From an uncultured Prevotella sp. (lineage in GTDB: Bacteria; Bacteroidota; Bacteroidia; Bacteroidales; Bacteroidaceae), in NCBI GenBank assembly GCA_944321645.1, contig CALUMB010000002.1:9209-73208 (forward strand): a stretch of DNA of 64,000 nt, read 5' to 3'. Positions 19,534 to 29,176 of this stretch are shown piece by piece; the stretch's first letter is position 1; every line of letters begins with the position of its first letter. The position numbers and the translations under genes are program-made. The notes below the pieces were generated by a model. The model had not been told where the DNA came from. It saw only the letters and a list, made by a program, of their open reading frames with translations, and ran no database searches.

Positions 19534-19731
19534 TTGAATATCCGCAAAGCCCCTATTCAAAGGAGTTAAAGGGGTGATAAGAAGTTTCTCGCTGCGCCCA
19601 ACAATACGATTCGCTCCACTGCGTTCCGCTAAGAAGCATACGTCTTCGAACTTCTTAGCGGAACGCAGTGGAGCGATGGCATCTCATAACTCCTATGACT
19701 CCTTTGAATATCCGTAAAGCGGGTATTCAAA
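19534..19731. repeat. Nested palindromic element (MITE/REP-like)
   Basis: Perfect 26-bp IR 19611-19636/19651-19676; outer IR 19554-19582/19682-19710 (24/29); flanking imperfect direct repeats 19534-19561 and 19704-19731. Confidence 0.7.
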
Positions 19732-19735
19732 TCCC

Positions 19736-19960
19736 GTTAACATATTTAACTTAACTGCGGGCGAATTGGAGCTTGCGGTGTAACTGTCTGGCGTTCAATG
19801 CGTTGCGAAACGGGTCGTTTTGGCTCGCGAAATGGCGCGTTTTGGAAGCCGAAACGGGGCGTTTTGCTGTCCAAAACGCCCCGTTTCGCAGCGCAAGCCG
19901 GCTCTGTGTTAAAATCAAGGCCGGCTTGCGCGTTTTTTACTTCACTATGTTCAACTATCT
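19736..19960 (+). repeat. Phased-palindrome intergenic element, copy A
   Basis: GTTAAC at 19736; dyad GTAAC-N4-TG-N5-CA-N4-GTTGC at 19780; AAACG-N3-CGTTT-like units at 19808, 19830, 19852, 19874; GTGTTAAA at 19906. Confidence 0.85.
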
Positions 19961-19986
19961 TGCCGTGCGCCTGTGGGGCGCAGCCT

Positions 19987-20505
19987 TCATTCGGCTTGGC
20001 CTTCGGCCAGGTACCACTTTGAGTACTCCACGTAGTGTGCGGCGAAGCTCTCGGCCTGGCCTTCACGCGCCATCTTTATGAACTTGGCCGGCACCCCGCC
20101 CCAAAGCTCGTGCGGCCCAATCTTGGTGTTCTGCAGCACGAGCGCCCCGGCGGCCACCACCGCGCCTTGGCCCACCTCGCAGTTGTCCAGCAGCGTGGCC
20201 CCCATGCCTATCAGTGCGCCGTCGTGTATGGTGCAGGCGTGCACGGTGGCGTTGTGCCCTATGGTCACGTCGTTGCCAATGTGTGTCGGCCCTGTGGTGT
20301 TGGTCACGTGTATGCACGCCCCGTCCTGCACGTTGGTGCGGTGGCCGATGGTTATCGGGGCCACGTCGCCGCGCACCACGGCGTTGAACCACACGGAGCA
20401 TTCGTCGCCCATCGTCACCTCGCCCACTATCGTGGCGTTCTCGCTGAAGTAGCAGCCCTTGCCCCATTTAGGTGCGAGGCCCTTTATCTCTTTTATCAGT
20501 GCCAT
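19987..20505 (-). CDS. Gamma carbonic anhydrase family (YrdA-like) protein
   Basis: Hexapeptide repeats; 'SVWFNAVVRGD', 'TNVQDG..IH', 'TIGHNATVHAC'. Confidence 0.92.
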   Translation of the reverse strand: MALIKEIKGLAPKWGKGCYFSENATIVGEVTMGDECSVWFNAVVRGDVAPITIGHRTNVQDGACIHVTNTTGPTHIGNDVTIGHNATVHACTIHDGALIGMGATLLDNCEVGQGAVVAAGALVLQNTKIGPHELWGGVPAKFIKMAREGQAESFAAHYVEYSKWYLAEGQAE

Positions 20506-20637
20506 GTCTGTTGTTTGTTTAGCGGTTTAATGTTTCAGATTGCAAAATTAGTTTATTTTCCGCAAAAGTGGGTGGCTTGTCCTTGCGCTTTTGTGCAGAT
20601 TTGAGTAATTTTGGGTTTGCTTAAACAATATACCTTT

Positions 20638-21018
20638 ATGTTAGAGACAGGACTTTCACACACGAGCAGTATCGTCGTTGGCGACGGCGACACTGCCATT
20701 GCGCGTGGCTCTGGCGATATGCCCGTGCTGGCCACTCCCTCCATGCTTGCGCTCATGGAGAATGCCGCCATGCTTGCCGTGGCCGGCGAGCTGCCCGAAG
20801 GCTGCACCACCGTTGGCGGCAGCATATCGTCGTCGCACCTTGCCCCGTCGGCCGTTGGCGCGGAGGTGAGGGCGCACGCCTCGCTCGAGAAGATAGACGG
20901 GCGCAAGCTCTACTTCAACGTCATTGCCCTCGAGGGCGACAAGGTGTTGGGCGAGGGCACCCACCTGCGCTTTATCGTGGACCGCAGGAAGTTTTTGCAG
21001 AAGCTCGGGGCGGAGTAG
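20638..21018 (+). CDS. FlK-like (hotdog-fold) thioesterase
   Basis: 'GSGDMPVLATPSMLALMENAA', 'TTVG..I..SHLAPS', 'GEGTHLRFIV'; TAATTTTG at 20606-20613. Confidence 0.85.
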   Translation: MLETGLSHTSSIVVGDGDTAIARGSGDMPVLATPSMLALMENAAMLAVAGELPEGCTTVGGSISSSHLAPSAVGAEVRAHASLEKIDGRKLYFNVIALEGDKVLGEGTHLRFIVDRRKFLQKLGAE

Positions 21019-21142
21019 GGGCCGCCCCTTGCGGCTAAAGGCCATTTGGGGCTTAGGCTTTTCTGGTGGCTTGGGGCTTTTGGTGGCTTGATGCGTTGGG
21101 CCGGCCAAAAGCCCCAAGCCGTTTGCTTGCGCTTGGTTTGCG

Positions 21143-21820
21143 CTATTTCCCTTTGGCCATGTAGTTCTTTTCGGCTTTAATGGATATGCCGGAGCCGTGC
21201 TTTGTGAACGTCAGTTGGTCGAGCCTGATGGAGTGGTTGGCGTGGTCGAAAACCCGGCCAGGGTCGAATGTGCGGCCGTTAATGCGGCACTCGAAGTGCA
21301 GGTGCTCCGTGGTTGCGCGGCCCGTGCGACCCGTGAGGGCTATCACCTGCCCCGCTTTCACAATGTCGCCCTTCTTCACGAGGTTCTTGGAGTTGTGGCT
21401 GTAGCAAGTCTCGATGCCGTTGGCGTGGCGTATTTTTATGTAGTTGCCGTAGGCGGAGTAGCGTTGGGAGAACGTCACCACGCCGTCGAACGCGGCCAGT
21501 ATCTTGTCGTTGGGCTTTGTCTTCAGGTCAACGCCCGTGTGCATCCGCCCGCCGCGCTTCCCGTAGCGGCTTATCACCTTTGCCTCCGGCAGCGGGTAGC
21601 ACCATTCGCCGGGGTTTAGGTCGGCGAAGTTGACGCTGAACTTGTTTGCTTTAGCGAAGGGGTTGGCTGTATAGGCGTCCTGCCTTGTGGCTTGCTTGCC
21701 CGCCGTGGCCTGCCTGCCGTCGGCTTGGTGGCTTGCCGCCGGTGCAGCGGCGCGTGTGCCTCCGCCTTGCGGCGTGGCGGCGAACATAAGCCCTAAGGCC
21801 AGTAGGAAGTGGAGTTTCAT
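21143..21820 (-). CDS. M23 family metallopeptidase
   Basis: Signal peptide; 'HTGVD' and 'HLHFE' zinc motifs. Start reassigned to MKLHFLL. Confidence 0.9.
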   Translation of the reverse strand: MKLHFLLALGLMFAATPQGGGTRAAAPAASHQADGRQATAGKQATRQDAYTANPFAKANKFSVNFADLNPGEWCYPLPEAKVISRYGKRGGRMHTGVDLKTKPNDKILAAFDGVVTFSQRYSAYGNYIKIRHANGIETCYSHNSKNLVKKGDIVKAGQVIALTGRTGRATTEHLHFECRINGRTFDPGRVFDHANHSIRLDQLTFTKHGSGISIKAEKNYMAKGK

Positions 21821-21879
21821 GCTGATGTCTTGTCTTTTTGGGTGTTTGGTGGATGTTCGGTTGTCTGTGCGCCACGTGG

Positions 21880-22683
21880 TCAGCGTGGCGCAGGCGTCGC
21901 CCCTCCCCTTAGCATTATGCCGGAGAAGAGCCGCCCTGATGCCGCCCCGAGGCGGCGTGCCGAGAAGAAGTCGTCGGGGCGGGAGTACGTGCAGAGGCCG
22001 GAGACGGCCACCGACTGCGGGTCCAGCCCGGCTTCCGCGAGCTGCAGGCGGTTGCATTCGGCGAGGTCGATGTGCCACTTGGCTTCGCGGCGGCTGATGC
22101 GCTGCATGGGGAACCCGGCTTCGGCGAACTCTTGGTAGACCTCGTCGCCCACCTCGAAGCAGCCGAGCGATATGCACGGGCCGAGGGCTGCGCGCAGCGC
22201 GGCGGGGCGGGTGGCGTATGCCTCGGCCATGGCCGCCACGGCCCGCTGGGCTATGCGTGCCACCGTTCCGCGCCAGCCTGCATGCACGGCGCAGGCGGCG
22301 TGGTGCTCCGGGTCGTGGAGCAGGATTGGCAGGCAGTCGGCGGTGGACACCCCGACACACACTCCGGCCACGTCGGTCATCACGGCGTCCACCCCTTCGA
22401 GCAGCATCCGGCGCGTGGCCTGCGGCAGTGCGAACAGCTCGCTTGCCACCATGCGCACCTCGGTGCCGTGGGTCTGGTGGGGCATGACTATGTTTCCGGG
22501 GGCTATGCCGAGCGCGGCGGCGAGCAGTTCGGTGTTGGCGGCCACTGCTTCGGGGCTGTCGCCGCAGTATGGGTTGACGTTCATCCCGGCGTAGGGGCCG
22601 CTGCCGCAGCCGCCGTGGCGCGTGGTGGTGAAGGCCGTCGCGCCTTCGCCGAGGTCGTAAAAAAGGAGGCGGGGATTAGGCAT
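21880..22683 (-). CDS. pgeF: Peptidoglycan editing factor PgeF (YfiH family)
   Basis: 'HQTHG', 'TADCLPILL', 'AVHAGWRG', 'GPCI...CFEVG', 'FFSARR'. Confidence 0.92.
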   Translation of the reverse strand: MPNPRLLFYDLGEGATAFTTTRHGGCGSGPYAGMNVNPYCGDSPEAVAANTELLAAALGIAPGNIVMPHQTHGTEVRMVASELFALPQATRRMLLEGVDAVMTDVAGVCVGVSTADCLPILLHDPEHHAACAVHAGWRGTVARIAQRAVAAMAEAYATRPAALRAALGPCISLGCFEVGDEVYQEFAEAGFPMQRISRREAKWHIDLAECNRLQLAEAGLDPQSVAVSGLCTYSRPDDFFSARRLGAASGRLFSGIMLRGGATPAPR

Positions 22684-23869
22684 TGCCGCCCTCCTCGCCT
22701 TCATATTCATAGTCGTCGATGTACTCTATGTCGCCGATGTCCTCTATGTCCTCGGCGTCTACGAACTCTATCTCCCCGTCTTCGCCTTCGGCGGCCAGCT
22801 CCGCCGCGAAGGCGCCCATGTCCTTGTCGCGGTGTACGAGCGTGTCTTCGGCGGTTATTTCCTTTAGCTTGTTGCTCTCGCTGTTCAGCTCCTGCCAGAG
22901 GATGTCCTTTAGTTCGCCAAGCCCGTAGCCTGTCACGGCGGAGATGAACACCACCGGTATGTCCGTCGGCACGGTCTCGCGGAGCATCTCCACCAGCTCG
23001 TCGTCGAGCAGGTCGGCCTTAGTGACGGCCAGCACGCGGTGCTTGTCGAGCATCTCGGGGTTGAAGTTGCGCAGCTCGCCGAGCAGTATCTCGTACTCGC
23101 GGCGTATGTCGTCGGTGTCGCCCGGCACCATGAAGAGCAGCAGCGAGTTTCGCTCTATGTGCCTGAGGAAGCGCAGGCCCAGGCCGCGCCCTTCGCTCGC
23201 GCCCTCGATTATGCCGGGGATGTCGGCCATTACGAACGACTGGCGGTCGCGGTATTCCACAATGCCGAGCGAAGGCTCGAGCGTAGTGAAGGGGTAGTTG
23301 GCTATCTTCGGCCTCGCGCTCGAAAGCGCCGAGAGCAGCGTTGACTTGCCGGCGTTGGGGAATCCCACCAGCCCGACGTCGGCAAGCAGCTTGAGTTCGA
23401 GTATGACGGTCATCTCCTGCATCGGCTCCCCGGGCTGCGCGAAGCGCGGCGCCTGGTTTGTGGCGGTGCGGAACTGGTAGTTGCCCAGCCCGCCGCGGCC
23501 GCCCTTGAGCAGCATCACGACCTGGCCGTCGCGGGCGACGTCGCAGATGTACTTGCCCGTGTCGGCGTTGTATGCCACCGTTCCGCACGGCACGTCGATG
23601 TAGACGTCCTTTCCGTCGGTGCCGTGGCAGCAGTCGCGGCTGCCGTTGCCGCCGTGCCCGGCGCGTATGTGGCGCTCGTATCGCAGGTGGAGCAGCGTCC
23701 AGTAGTTGTGGTTGCCGCGCAGGTAGACGTTTCCGCCGCGCCCACCGTCGCCCCCGTCGGGGCCTCCGTTGGGCTGGTACTTGACGTGGCGCAGGTGCAT
23801 CGAGCCCCTGCCGCCCTTGCCGGAGCGGCAGTATATCTTCACGTAGTCTACGAAGTTGGAATTAGCCAT
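22676..23869 (-). CDS. obgE: GTPase ObgE
   Basis: 'FVDYVKI...GKGGRG', 'GGPDGGDGG', '[10 protein letters not shown]', 'YPFTTL', 'ADIPG'. Confidence 0.97.
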   Translation of the reverse strand: MANSNFVDYVKIYCRSGKGGRGSMHLRHVKYQPNGGPDGGDGGRGGNVYLRGNHNYWTLLHLRYERHIRAGHGGNGSRDCCHGTDGKDVYIDVPCGTVAYNADTGKYICDVARDGQVVMLLKGGRGGLGNYQFRTATNQAPRFAQPGEPMQEMTVILELKLLADVGLVGFPNAGKSTLLSALSSARPKIANYPFTTLEPSLGIVEYRDRQSFVMADIPGIIEGASEGRGLGLRFLRHIERNSLLLFMVPGDTDDIRREYEILLGELRNFNPEMLDKHRVLAVTKADLLDDELVEMLRETVPTDIPVVFISAVTGYGLGELKDILWQELNSESNKLKEITAEDTLVHRDKDMGAFAAELAAEGEDGEIEFVDAEDIEDIGDIEYIDDYEYEGEEGGNA

Positions 23870-23874
23870 TGGCC

Positions 23875-24450
23875 TTACTGCAGGTTGTCTATTACGGCGC
23901 AGATGTCGCCGAAGATGCGGTCGAGGTCGCCAAGCCCGTCGATGTGGTGGCGTATTCCCTCCTTCTCGTACCAGTCGATGAGCGGCGCTGTCTGGCTGTG
24001 GTACACGCCGAGGCGCTTCTTTATGGTCTCCTCGTTGTCGTCGGAGCGGCCGCTCTCCTGCCCGCGCTTTATGAGCCGCGCCATGAGTTCGTCCTCCGGC
24101 ACCTCCAGCTCTATCATGGCGGCCACCCCGTGGCCGCGCTCGGCGAGCATGGCCTTGAGCGCCTCGGCCTGCGGTATGGTGCGCGGGAAGCCGTCGAAGA
24201 TCACGCCCTCGTGGTCGTGGCCGAAGCCGTCGTAGACGCTTGCCAGTATGCTCACCATCAGTTCGTCGGGTATCAGCTGGCCGTTGTCGATGTAGCCCTT
24301 GGCCGTCTTGCCCAGCTCGGTGCCGCTTTTTATCTCGCTGCGCAGCACGTCGCCCGTCGAGATGTGGCCCAGGCCGTATTTCTTTATCATCAGGTCGCTC
24401 TGCGTTCCCTTGCCGGAACCGGGTGCGCCGAATATCACGATGTTCTTCAT
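23875..24450 (-). CDS. adk: Adenylate kinase
   Basis: '[10 protein letters not shown]', 'HISTGD', 'FDGFPRT', 'RSDD'. Confidence 0.97.
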   Translation of the reverse strand: MKNIVIFGAPGSGKGTQSDLMIKKYGLGHISTGDVLRSEIKSGTELGKTAKGYIDNGQLIPDELMVSILASVYDGFGHDHEGVIFDGFPRTIPQAEALKAMLAERGHGVAAMIELEVPEDELMARLIKRGQESGRSDDNEETIKKRLGVYHSQTAPLIDWYEKEGIRHHIDGLGDLDRIFGDICAVIDNLQ

Positions 24451-24496
24451 TTCGGTCTGTTTTGTGGTTATGTTAATGTCTGTTTGTCGCTTTTCG

Positions 24497-25036
24497 TCAC
24501 TCGCCTTTCAGCGTGTAGATGTCCGGCAGCTGCCTTCCCTGCTGGTCGTAGTCCAGCCCGTAGCCCACGATGAAGTCGTTGGGAATCCTGAACGCCGCGT
24601 AGTCGATGTCGAGGTCCACCTTCAGCCGGTCGGGCTTCAGCAGCAGCGTGCAGATGTGTACCGACGCGGGGTTGCGCGTCCCGAGGCTCTCTATCATCTG
24701 CTTCATGGTGGCCCCGCTCTCCACGATGTCCTCCACGATTATCACCGTGCGCCCCGCGAGGTTCTCGTTGATGCCTATCACCTCCTTCACCTTGCCCGTG
24801 GAGGTGGTGCCTTGGTATGAGGCGAGCTTCACGAACGATATTTCGCAGGGGATGGTAAGCTCGCGCATGAGGTCGGCGGCGAACACGAACGCGCCGTTGA
24901 GCACGGCGAGCAGCAGCGGGTTCTTGCCCGCCATGTCGCGGTTTATCTCGTCGGCCACGGCCTTGACGCGCCGCCTTATTTCTTCCCTTGGGATGGACGT
25001 TTCAAACACTTTGTCCTTGATTTTCACTGTTGACAT
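24497..25036 (-). CDS. hpt: Hypoxanthine phosphoribosyltransferase
   Basis: 'VLNGAFVFAADL', 'IIVEDIVESG', 'FIVGYGLDY'. Start reassigned to MSTVKIK; TAATTTTG on the minus strand at 25061-25068. Confidence 0.95.
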   Translation of the reverse strand: MSTVKIKDKVFETSIPREEIRRRVKAVADEINRDMAGKNPLLLAVLNGAFVFAADLMRELTIPCEISFVKLASYQGTTSTGKVKEVIGINENLAGRTVIIVEDIVESGATMKQMIESLGTRNPASVHICTLLLKPDRLKVDLDIDYAAFRIPNDFIVGYGLDYDQQGRQLPDIYTLKGE

Positions 25037-25126
25037 CGCCGTTTTTATGATATTTTGTGGCAAAATTACTAAAAATACGGCAAACGAGGCCGTTCGGTTA
25101 GCATTAATTTTGTATTTTTGCACGGT

Positions 25127-26641
25127 ATGAAGATATTCACGAGCGCTCAAATACGTGAGCTTGACAAGTATACCATCGAGCACGAGCCGATAAGTTCGGC
25201 CGACTTGATGGAGCGTGCGGCGCGTGCGATAGTGCGCGCCATTGCCGACGAGTGGGGCGCGTCCACGCCCGTCGTGGTGTTCGCCGGGCCGGGCAACAAC
25301 GGTGGCGACGCCCTCGCCGTGGCCCGCCTGCTGGCCGAGGCTGGCTATTCGGTGTCGGCCTACCTCTTCAACATCACCGGGAAGCTGTCTGCCGACTGCG
25401 CGGCCAACAAGGAAAGGCTCGTGTCCACGAAGAACGTGAGGCAGTTTGTGGAAGTGGCCCAGGAGTTCGACCCGCCGCAGCTCGACGCCGCCACGCTCGT
25501 GGTCGACGGGCTGTTCGGCTCCGGGCTGAACAAGCCGCTGGCCGGCGGCTTCGCCTCGCTGGTGAAGTACATCAACGCCTCGCCCGCCAAGACGGTGAGC
25601 ATCGACGTGCCGTCGGGCCTGATGGGCGAGGACAACACCTACAACGTGAGGGCGAACATCGTGCGGGCCGACCTCACGCTCACGCTCCAGCAGCCCAAGC
25701 TGTCGTTCCTCTTCGCCGAGAACCAGCCCTTCGTCGGGCGGCTCAAGGTGCTCGACATACGCATAAGCCCTGAGGGGATAGAGAACACCGAGGCGCAATA
25801 CCGCATAGTGGAGGAGGGCGAGGTGCGCCCCTTGCTGCGCGGCCGCCCCGGCTTTGCCCACAAGGGCAACATGGGCAGCGCCCTCATAGTGGCCGGCAGC
25901 TACGGCATGGGCGGGGCGGCGGTGCTCGCCGCGCGTGCCTGCCTGCGCGGCGGGGCGGGCAAGGCCACGGTCTGCACGCCCAAGTGCAACAACATAGTGG
26001 TGCAGGTGGGCGTGCCGGAGGCCGTGATGATGCTCGACCGCGAGGAGACCATCTTCTCCGAAGCCGTGGACACCGAGGACTTCAACGCGCTCGGCATAGG
26101 CCCCGGGCTGGGCACCAACGAGCAGACGGCCATAGCCATGATAGCGCAGCTGCGGCGCGCGCAATGCCCCGTGGTGGCCGACGCCGACGCGCTTAACATA
26201 CTCTCCAACCACCGCGCCTGGATGCAGCAGCTGCCCAGGGGCATGGTGCTCACGCCGCACCCCAGGGAGCTTGACCGCCTCTGCGGCCACTCCTCCGACA
26301 GCTACGAGCGCCTGTCGAAGGCGTCGGCCCTGGCCGGGCGCATCGGGGCATACGTCATACTGAAGGGCCACTACTCCGCGCTGTGCTCGCCCGACGGCAA
26401 GGTGGCCTTCAACCCCACGGGCAACGCCGGCATGGCCACCGCCGGGAGCGGCGACGTGCTCACCGGGTTGCTCACCGCGCTGCTGGCCCGCGGCTACAGG
26501 CCGGGCGACGCCGCGCTCGTGGGTATGTACCTGCACGGGCTGGCCGGCGACCTCGCCGCGCGCGACCTTGGCATGGAGAGCCTCGTGGCCGGCGACCTCG
26601 TGAGGTACCTGCCAAAGGCTTTCAACGCGCTCAACGAATAG
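25127..26641 (+). CDS. nnr: Bifunctional NAD(P)H-hydrate epimerase/dehydratase
   Basis: 'LMERAA', 'GPGNNGGD', 'DGLFGSG', 'HKG..G', 'DADALN', 'LTPHPRE', 'MATAGSGDVL'. Confidence 0.95.
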   Translation: MKIFTSAQIRELDKYTIEHEPISSADLMERAARAIVRAIADEWGASTPVVVFAGPGNNGGDALAVARLLAEAGYSVSAYLFNITGKLSADCAANKERLVSTKNVRQFVEVAQEFDPPQLDAATLVVDGLFGSGLNKPLAGGFASLVKYINASPAKTVSIDVPSGLMGEDNTYNVRANIVRADLTLTLQQPKLSFLFAENQPFVGRLKVLDIRISPEGIENTEAQYRIVEEGEVRPLLRGRPGFAHKGNMGSALIVAGSYGMGGAAVLAARACLRGGAGKATVCTPKCNNIVVQVGVPEAVMMLDREETIFSEAVDTEDFNALGIGPGLGTNEQTAIAMIAQLRRAQCPVVADADALNILSNHRAWMQQLPRGMVLTPHPRELDRLCGHSSDSYERLSKASALAGRIGAYVILKGHYSALCSPDGKVAFNPTGNAGMATAGSGDVLTGLLTALLARGYRPGDAALVGMYLHGLAGDLAARDLGMESLVAGDLVRYLPKAFNALNE

Positions 26642-26648
26642 AAACACC

Positions 26649-27731
26649 ATGCTCAACGATATGAAGAAACTTGCTTTTGCCTGCCTGCTGTCGCTCGCAG
26701 GCGGGGCGCAAGCCCAAACCGAGACCAGCCCCTACCAGCCCGGCGTGACCGCCGAGGGCGCCGTCTACTTCCTGCCCAAGACCGTGCTGCGCTTTGTGGT
26801 GCAGGTGGAGAAGACCACCTTCACCCCCGGCGACTTCTGCAAATACGCCTCGCGCTACCTCCGGCTGGGCGACGTAAGGACGAGACCTGGCGTCGGTTAC
26901 CGCGTGACGTCCATCAGCATGGACACCTACGGCGAGGCCGACAAGGCGAAGGGGTATGCCGTGGAGTTCAACCCTAAGTCGGTGGCGGCCAACATCGCCC
27001 TTGCCGACGACGGCACGCTGCTCGCCATCAACGCCGCGCCGCGCCGCACAGAGGCGCCGAAGCCCTTCAGGCCGGCGCCGCGCCGCCCGCAGCCAAACCC
27101 GCGCAGCTACCTGAGCGAGGAGGTGCTGGCCGCCGGGAGCACGGCTAAGATGGCCGAACTTGCCGCGCAGGAGATATACGAGATACGCGACAGCAAGGAC
27201 TACCTCAACCGTGGCGAGGCCGACTATATGCCCAAGGACGGCGAGCAGCTGCGCATAATGCTGGCCAACCTCGACCGCCAAGACCGCGCCCTGACGCAGC
27301 TCTTCACCGGCTCGGAGGTGAAGGACACCATGGAATACGTGCTCACGATATGCCCGCAGCGCGGGATGGGGCGCCAGGTGCTCTTCCGCCTGTCGGGGAA
27401 GCTGGGCCTCGTGGATGCCGACGACCTGTCGGGCGTGCCTTACTACATCACCGTCACCGACGAGCAGAACCTGCCCGAAGTGTCGCCCGAAGCCCCGAAA
27501 GGCAAGAAGAAGGACAGGCAGGAGGGCGTCTACGTGAACGTTCCGGGCAAGATTACGGCCACCATCTACCGCGAAAGCGAGGTGATAGACAGCTTCGAGG
27601 CTCCGGCTGCGCAGTATGGCTACACCGAACTGCTCAGCGGCGAGCTGTTCAACAAGCGGTACACCACCCACCTTACGCTCAACCCGGCCACCGGCGCGAT
27701 AGACAGGCTCGAGGCCGAGCAGCCTAAATAA
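26649..27731 (+). CDS. DUF4831-family exported protein
   Basis: Signal peptide; 'VYFLPKT', 'PGDFCKYA.RYL', 'EIYEIRDS'; conserved Bacteroidales neighbour of nnr. Confidence 0.75.
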   Translation: MLNDMKKLAFACLLSLAGGAQAQTETSPYQPGVTAEGAVYFLPKTVLRFVVQVEKTTFTPGDFCKYASRYLRLGDVRTRPGVGYRVTSISMDTYGEADKAKGYAVEFNPKSVAANIALADDGTLLAINAAPRRTEAPKPFRPAPRRPQPNPRSYLSEEVLAAGSTAKMAELAAQEIYEIRDSKDYLNRGEADYMPKDGEQLRIMLANLDRQDRALTQLFTGSEVKDTMEYVLTICPQRGMGRQVLFRLSGKLGLVDADDLSGVPYYITVTDEQNLPEVSPEAPKGKKKDRQEGVYVNVPGKITATIYRESEVIDSFEAPAAQYGYTELLSGELFNKRYTTHLTLNPATGAIDRLEAEQPK

Positions 27732-27762
27732 AGCCCCTCTCCGGCTCTCCCCCGTGGGGAGA
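27731..27762 (+). repeat. REP-like palindrome (left member of an inverted pair)
   Basis: aagcccctctccggctctcccccgtggggaga, identical to 42694-42725. Confidence 0.75.
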
Positions 27763-27856
27763 CGGCCTTGCGCGGCAGGCCGGGTGAGGCTTTGCGAGGC
27801 AGCCCCGCCAACCCGTCTGATTGCAAGACGGGAGGGCGGGGCTGCGCTGTTTGTTG

Positions 27857-28076
27857 GTTGAATATATTCAAGTAAAAGGCGCGTCCTGCCGCGCTGTTTT
27901 TAACACAGGGCGGAACCGCGCCCTGAAACGGCACGTTTCGGCTTGCGGAACAGGCCGTTTTGGATGCCAAGACGTGCCGTTTTAGACGCTAAAACGGCAC
28001 GTTTCGCAACGCATTGGCCGTCAGGCTGTTGCGCCGTATGCCCAACCTTGCCTGCCGTTAAGTTAAAAACGTTAAT
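27857..28076 (-). repeat. Phased-palindrome intergenic element, copy B
   Basis: Units at 27926, 27948, 27970, 27992; dyad 28006-28032; same offsets as copy A on the reverse strand. Confidence 0.85.
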
Positions 28077-28130
28077 GTGAAAAGACCCTTTCCGACACGG
28101 AAGGTGCGGAAGGACTGCCGCGCCAAGCCC

Positions 28131-28160
28131 TCTCCCCACGGGGGGAGATGGAGAGGGGCT
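28131..28160 (-). repeat. REP-like palindrome (right member of the pair)
   Basis: tctccccacggggggagatggagaggggct, near reverse complement of 27731-27762. Confidence 0.7.
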
Positions 28161-29118
28161 ATCCCTCCAGCATCCTCTTTATCACCACCTGCGCCGAAAT
28201 CTCGCGGTTGGCGGCTTCGGGTATTACGAGCGACGAGGGGCTTTCTATCACGTCGTCGGTCACGATGAGGCCCCGGCGCACGGGCAGGCAGTGCATGAAG
28301 CGGCCATTGTCGGTGACGGCCATGTGCGCCGCGTCGATGGTCCAGCCCATGTCGCGGCTCAGTATCTTGCCGTAGTCGGCGGGGCGGGTCACGCCCGGGC
28401 AGCTCCAGTTCTTGGCATACACGAAGTCGGCGCCCTCCAGGGCCTTCATCTGGTCGTACTCCACGCGGGCCGGGCCGACGAACTTAGGGTCAAGCTCGTA
28501 GCCCTCCGGGTGGGTTATTACGAGGTCGACGTCCGCCGCGTTCATCCATTGCGCGAACGAGTTTGGCACGGCCTGCGGCAGTGCGCGGCAGTGGGGCGCC
28601 CACGTGAGCACCACCTTCGGGCGCGCCTTCGTCTTGTGCTCCTCGATGGTTATCAGGTCGGCGAATGCCTGCAGCGGGTGTACGGTGGCCGTCTCCATGG
28701 CGAACACGGGCTTGCCGCTGTACTTTATGAACTGGTGGAGCACCGTCTCGGCGTAGTCGTACTCGCGGTCGGCCAGCCCGGCGAAGCTGCGCACGCCTAT
28801 CATGTCGCAGTAGCAGCCCATCACGGGTATGGCCTCGAGCAGGTGCTCGCTCTTGTCGCCGTCCATCACCACGCCGCGCTCGGTCTCCAGTTTCCACGCC
28901 CCGGCGTTCACGTCGAGCACGATTACGTTCATGCCCAGGTTCATCGCGGCCTTCTGCGTGCTTAGCCTTGTGCGCAGGCTGTTGTTGAAGAATATCATGA
29001 GCAGCGTCTTGTTCTTGCCCAGCTGCTGGTACTTGAAGCGGTCTTCCTTTATCTCCCTGGCCTCGGCGAGAGCCTGCCTGAGGTCGCCGATGTCGTCAAC
29101 GTTGATGAAAGAGTTCAT
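28159..29118 (-). CDS. argF: N-succinyl/N-acetylornithine carbamoyltransferase (Bacteroides argF' type)
   Basis: 'FFNNSLRTRLST', 'HPLQ', 'FMHCLPVRRG'. 'DGDKSEH' has Ser rather than Glu at the specificity position, suggesting an N-succinyl substrate. Confidence 0.92.
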   Translation of the reverse strand: MNSFINVDDIGDLRQALAEAREIKEDRFKYQQLGKNKTLLMIFFNNSLRTRLSTQKAAMNLGMNVIVLDVNAGAWKLETERGVVMDGDKSEHLLEAIPVMGCYCDMIGVRSFAGLADREYDYAETVLHQFIKYSGKPVFAMETATVHPLQAFADLITIEEHKTKARPKVVLTWAPHCRALPQAVPNSFAQWMNAADVDLVITHPEGYELDPKFVGPARVEYDQMKALEGADFVYAKNWSCPGVTRPADYGKILSRDMGWTIDAAHMAVTDNGRFMHCLPVRRGLIVTDDVIESPSSLVIPEAANREISAQVVIKRMLEG

Positions 29119-29176
29119 AGAATTAAAAGTTAAAAGTTAAAAATTAAAAGAATATGCGGGCGTGGCGGCATTCCGT

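Noticed and set aside
19808-19886. 22-bp periodic palindromes as a CRISPR array
   Set aside because: Repeats are only 13 bp with 9-bp spacers, four units per locus, and no cas genes; the geometry does not fit CRISPR.
25037-26656. 719-aa minus-strand ORF 24497..26656
   Set aside because: Only the last 179 codons are hpt; the rest is an antisense shadow of nnr caused by high GC3.
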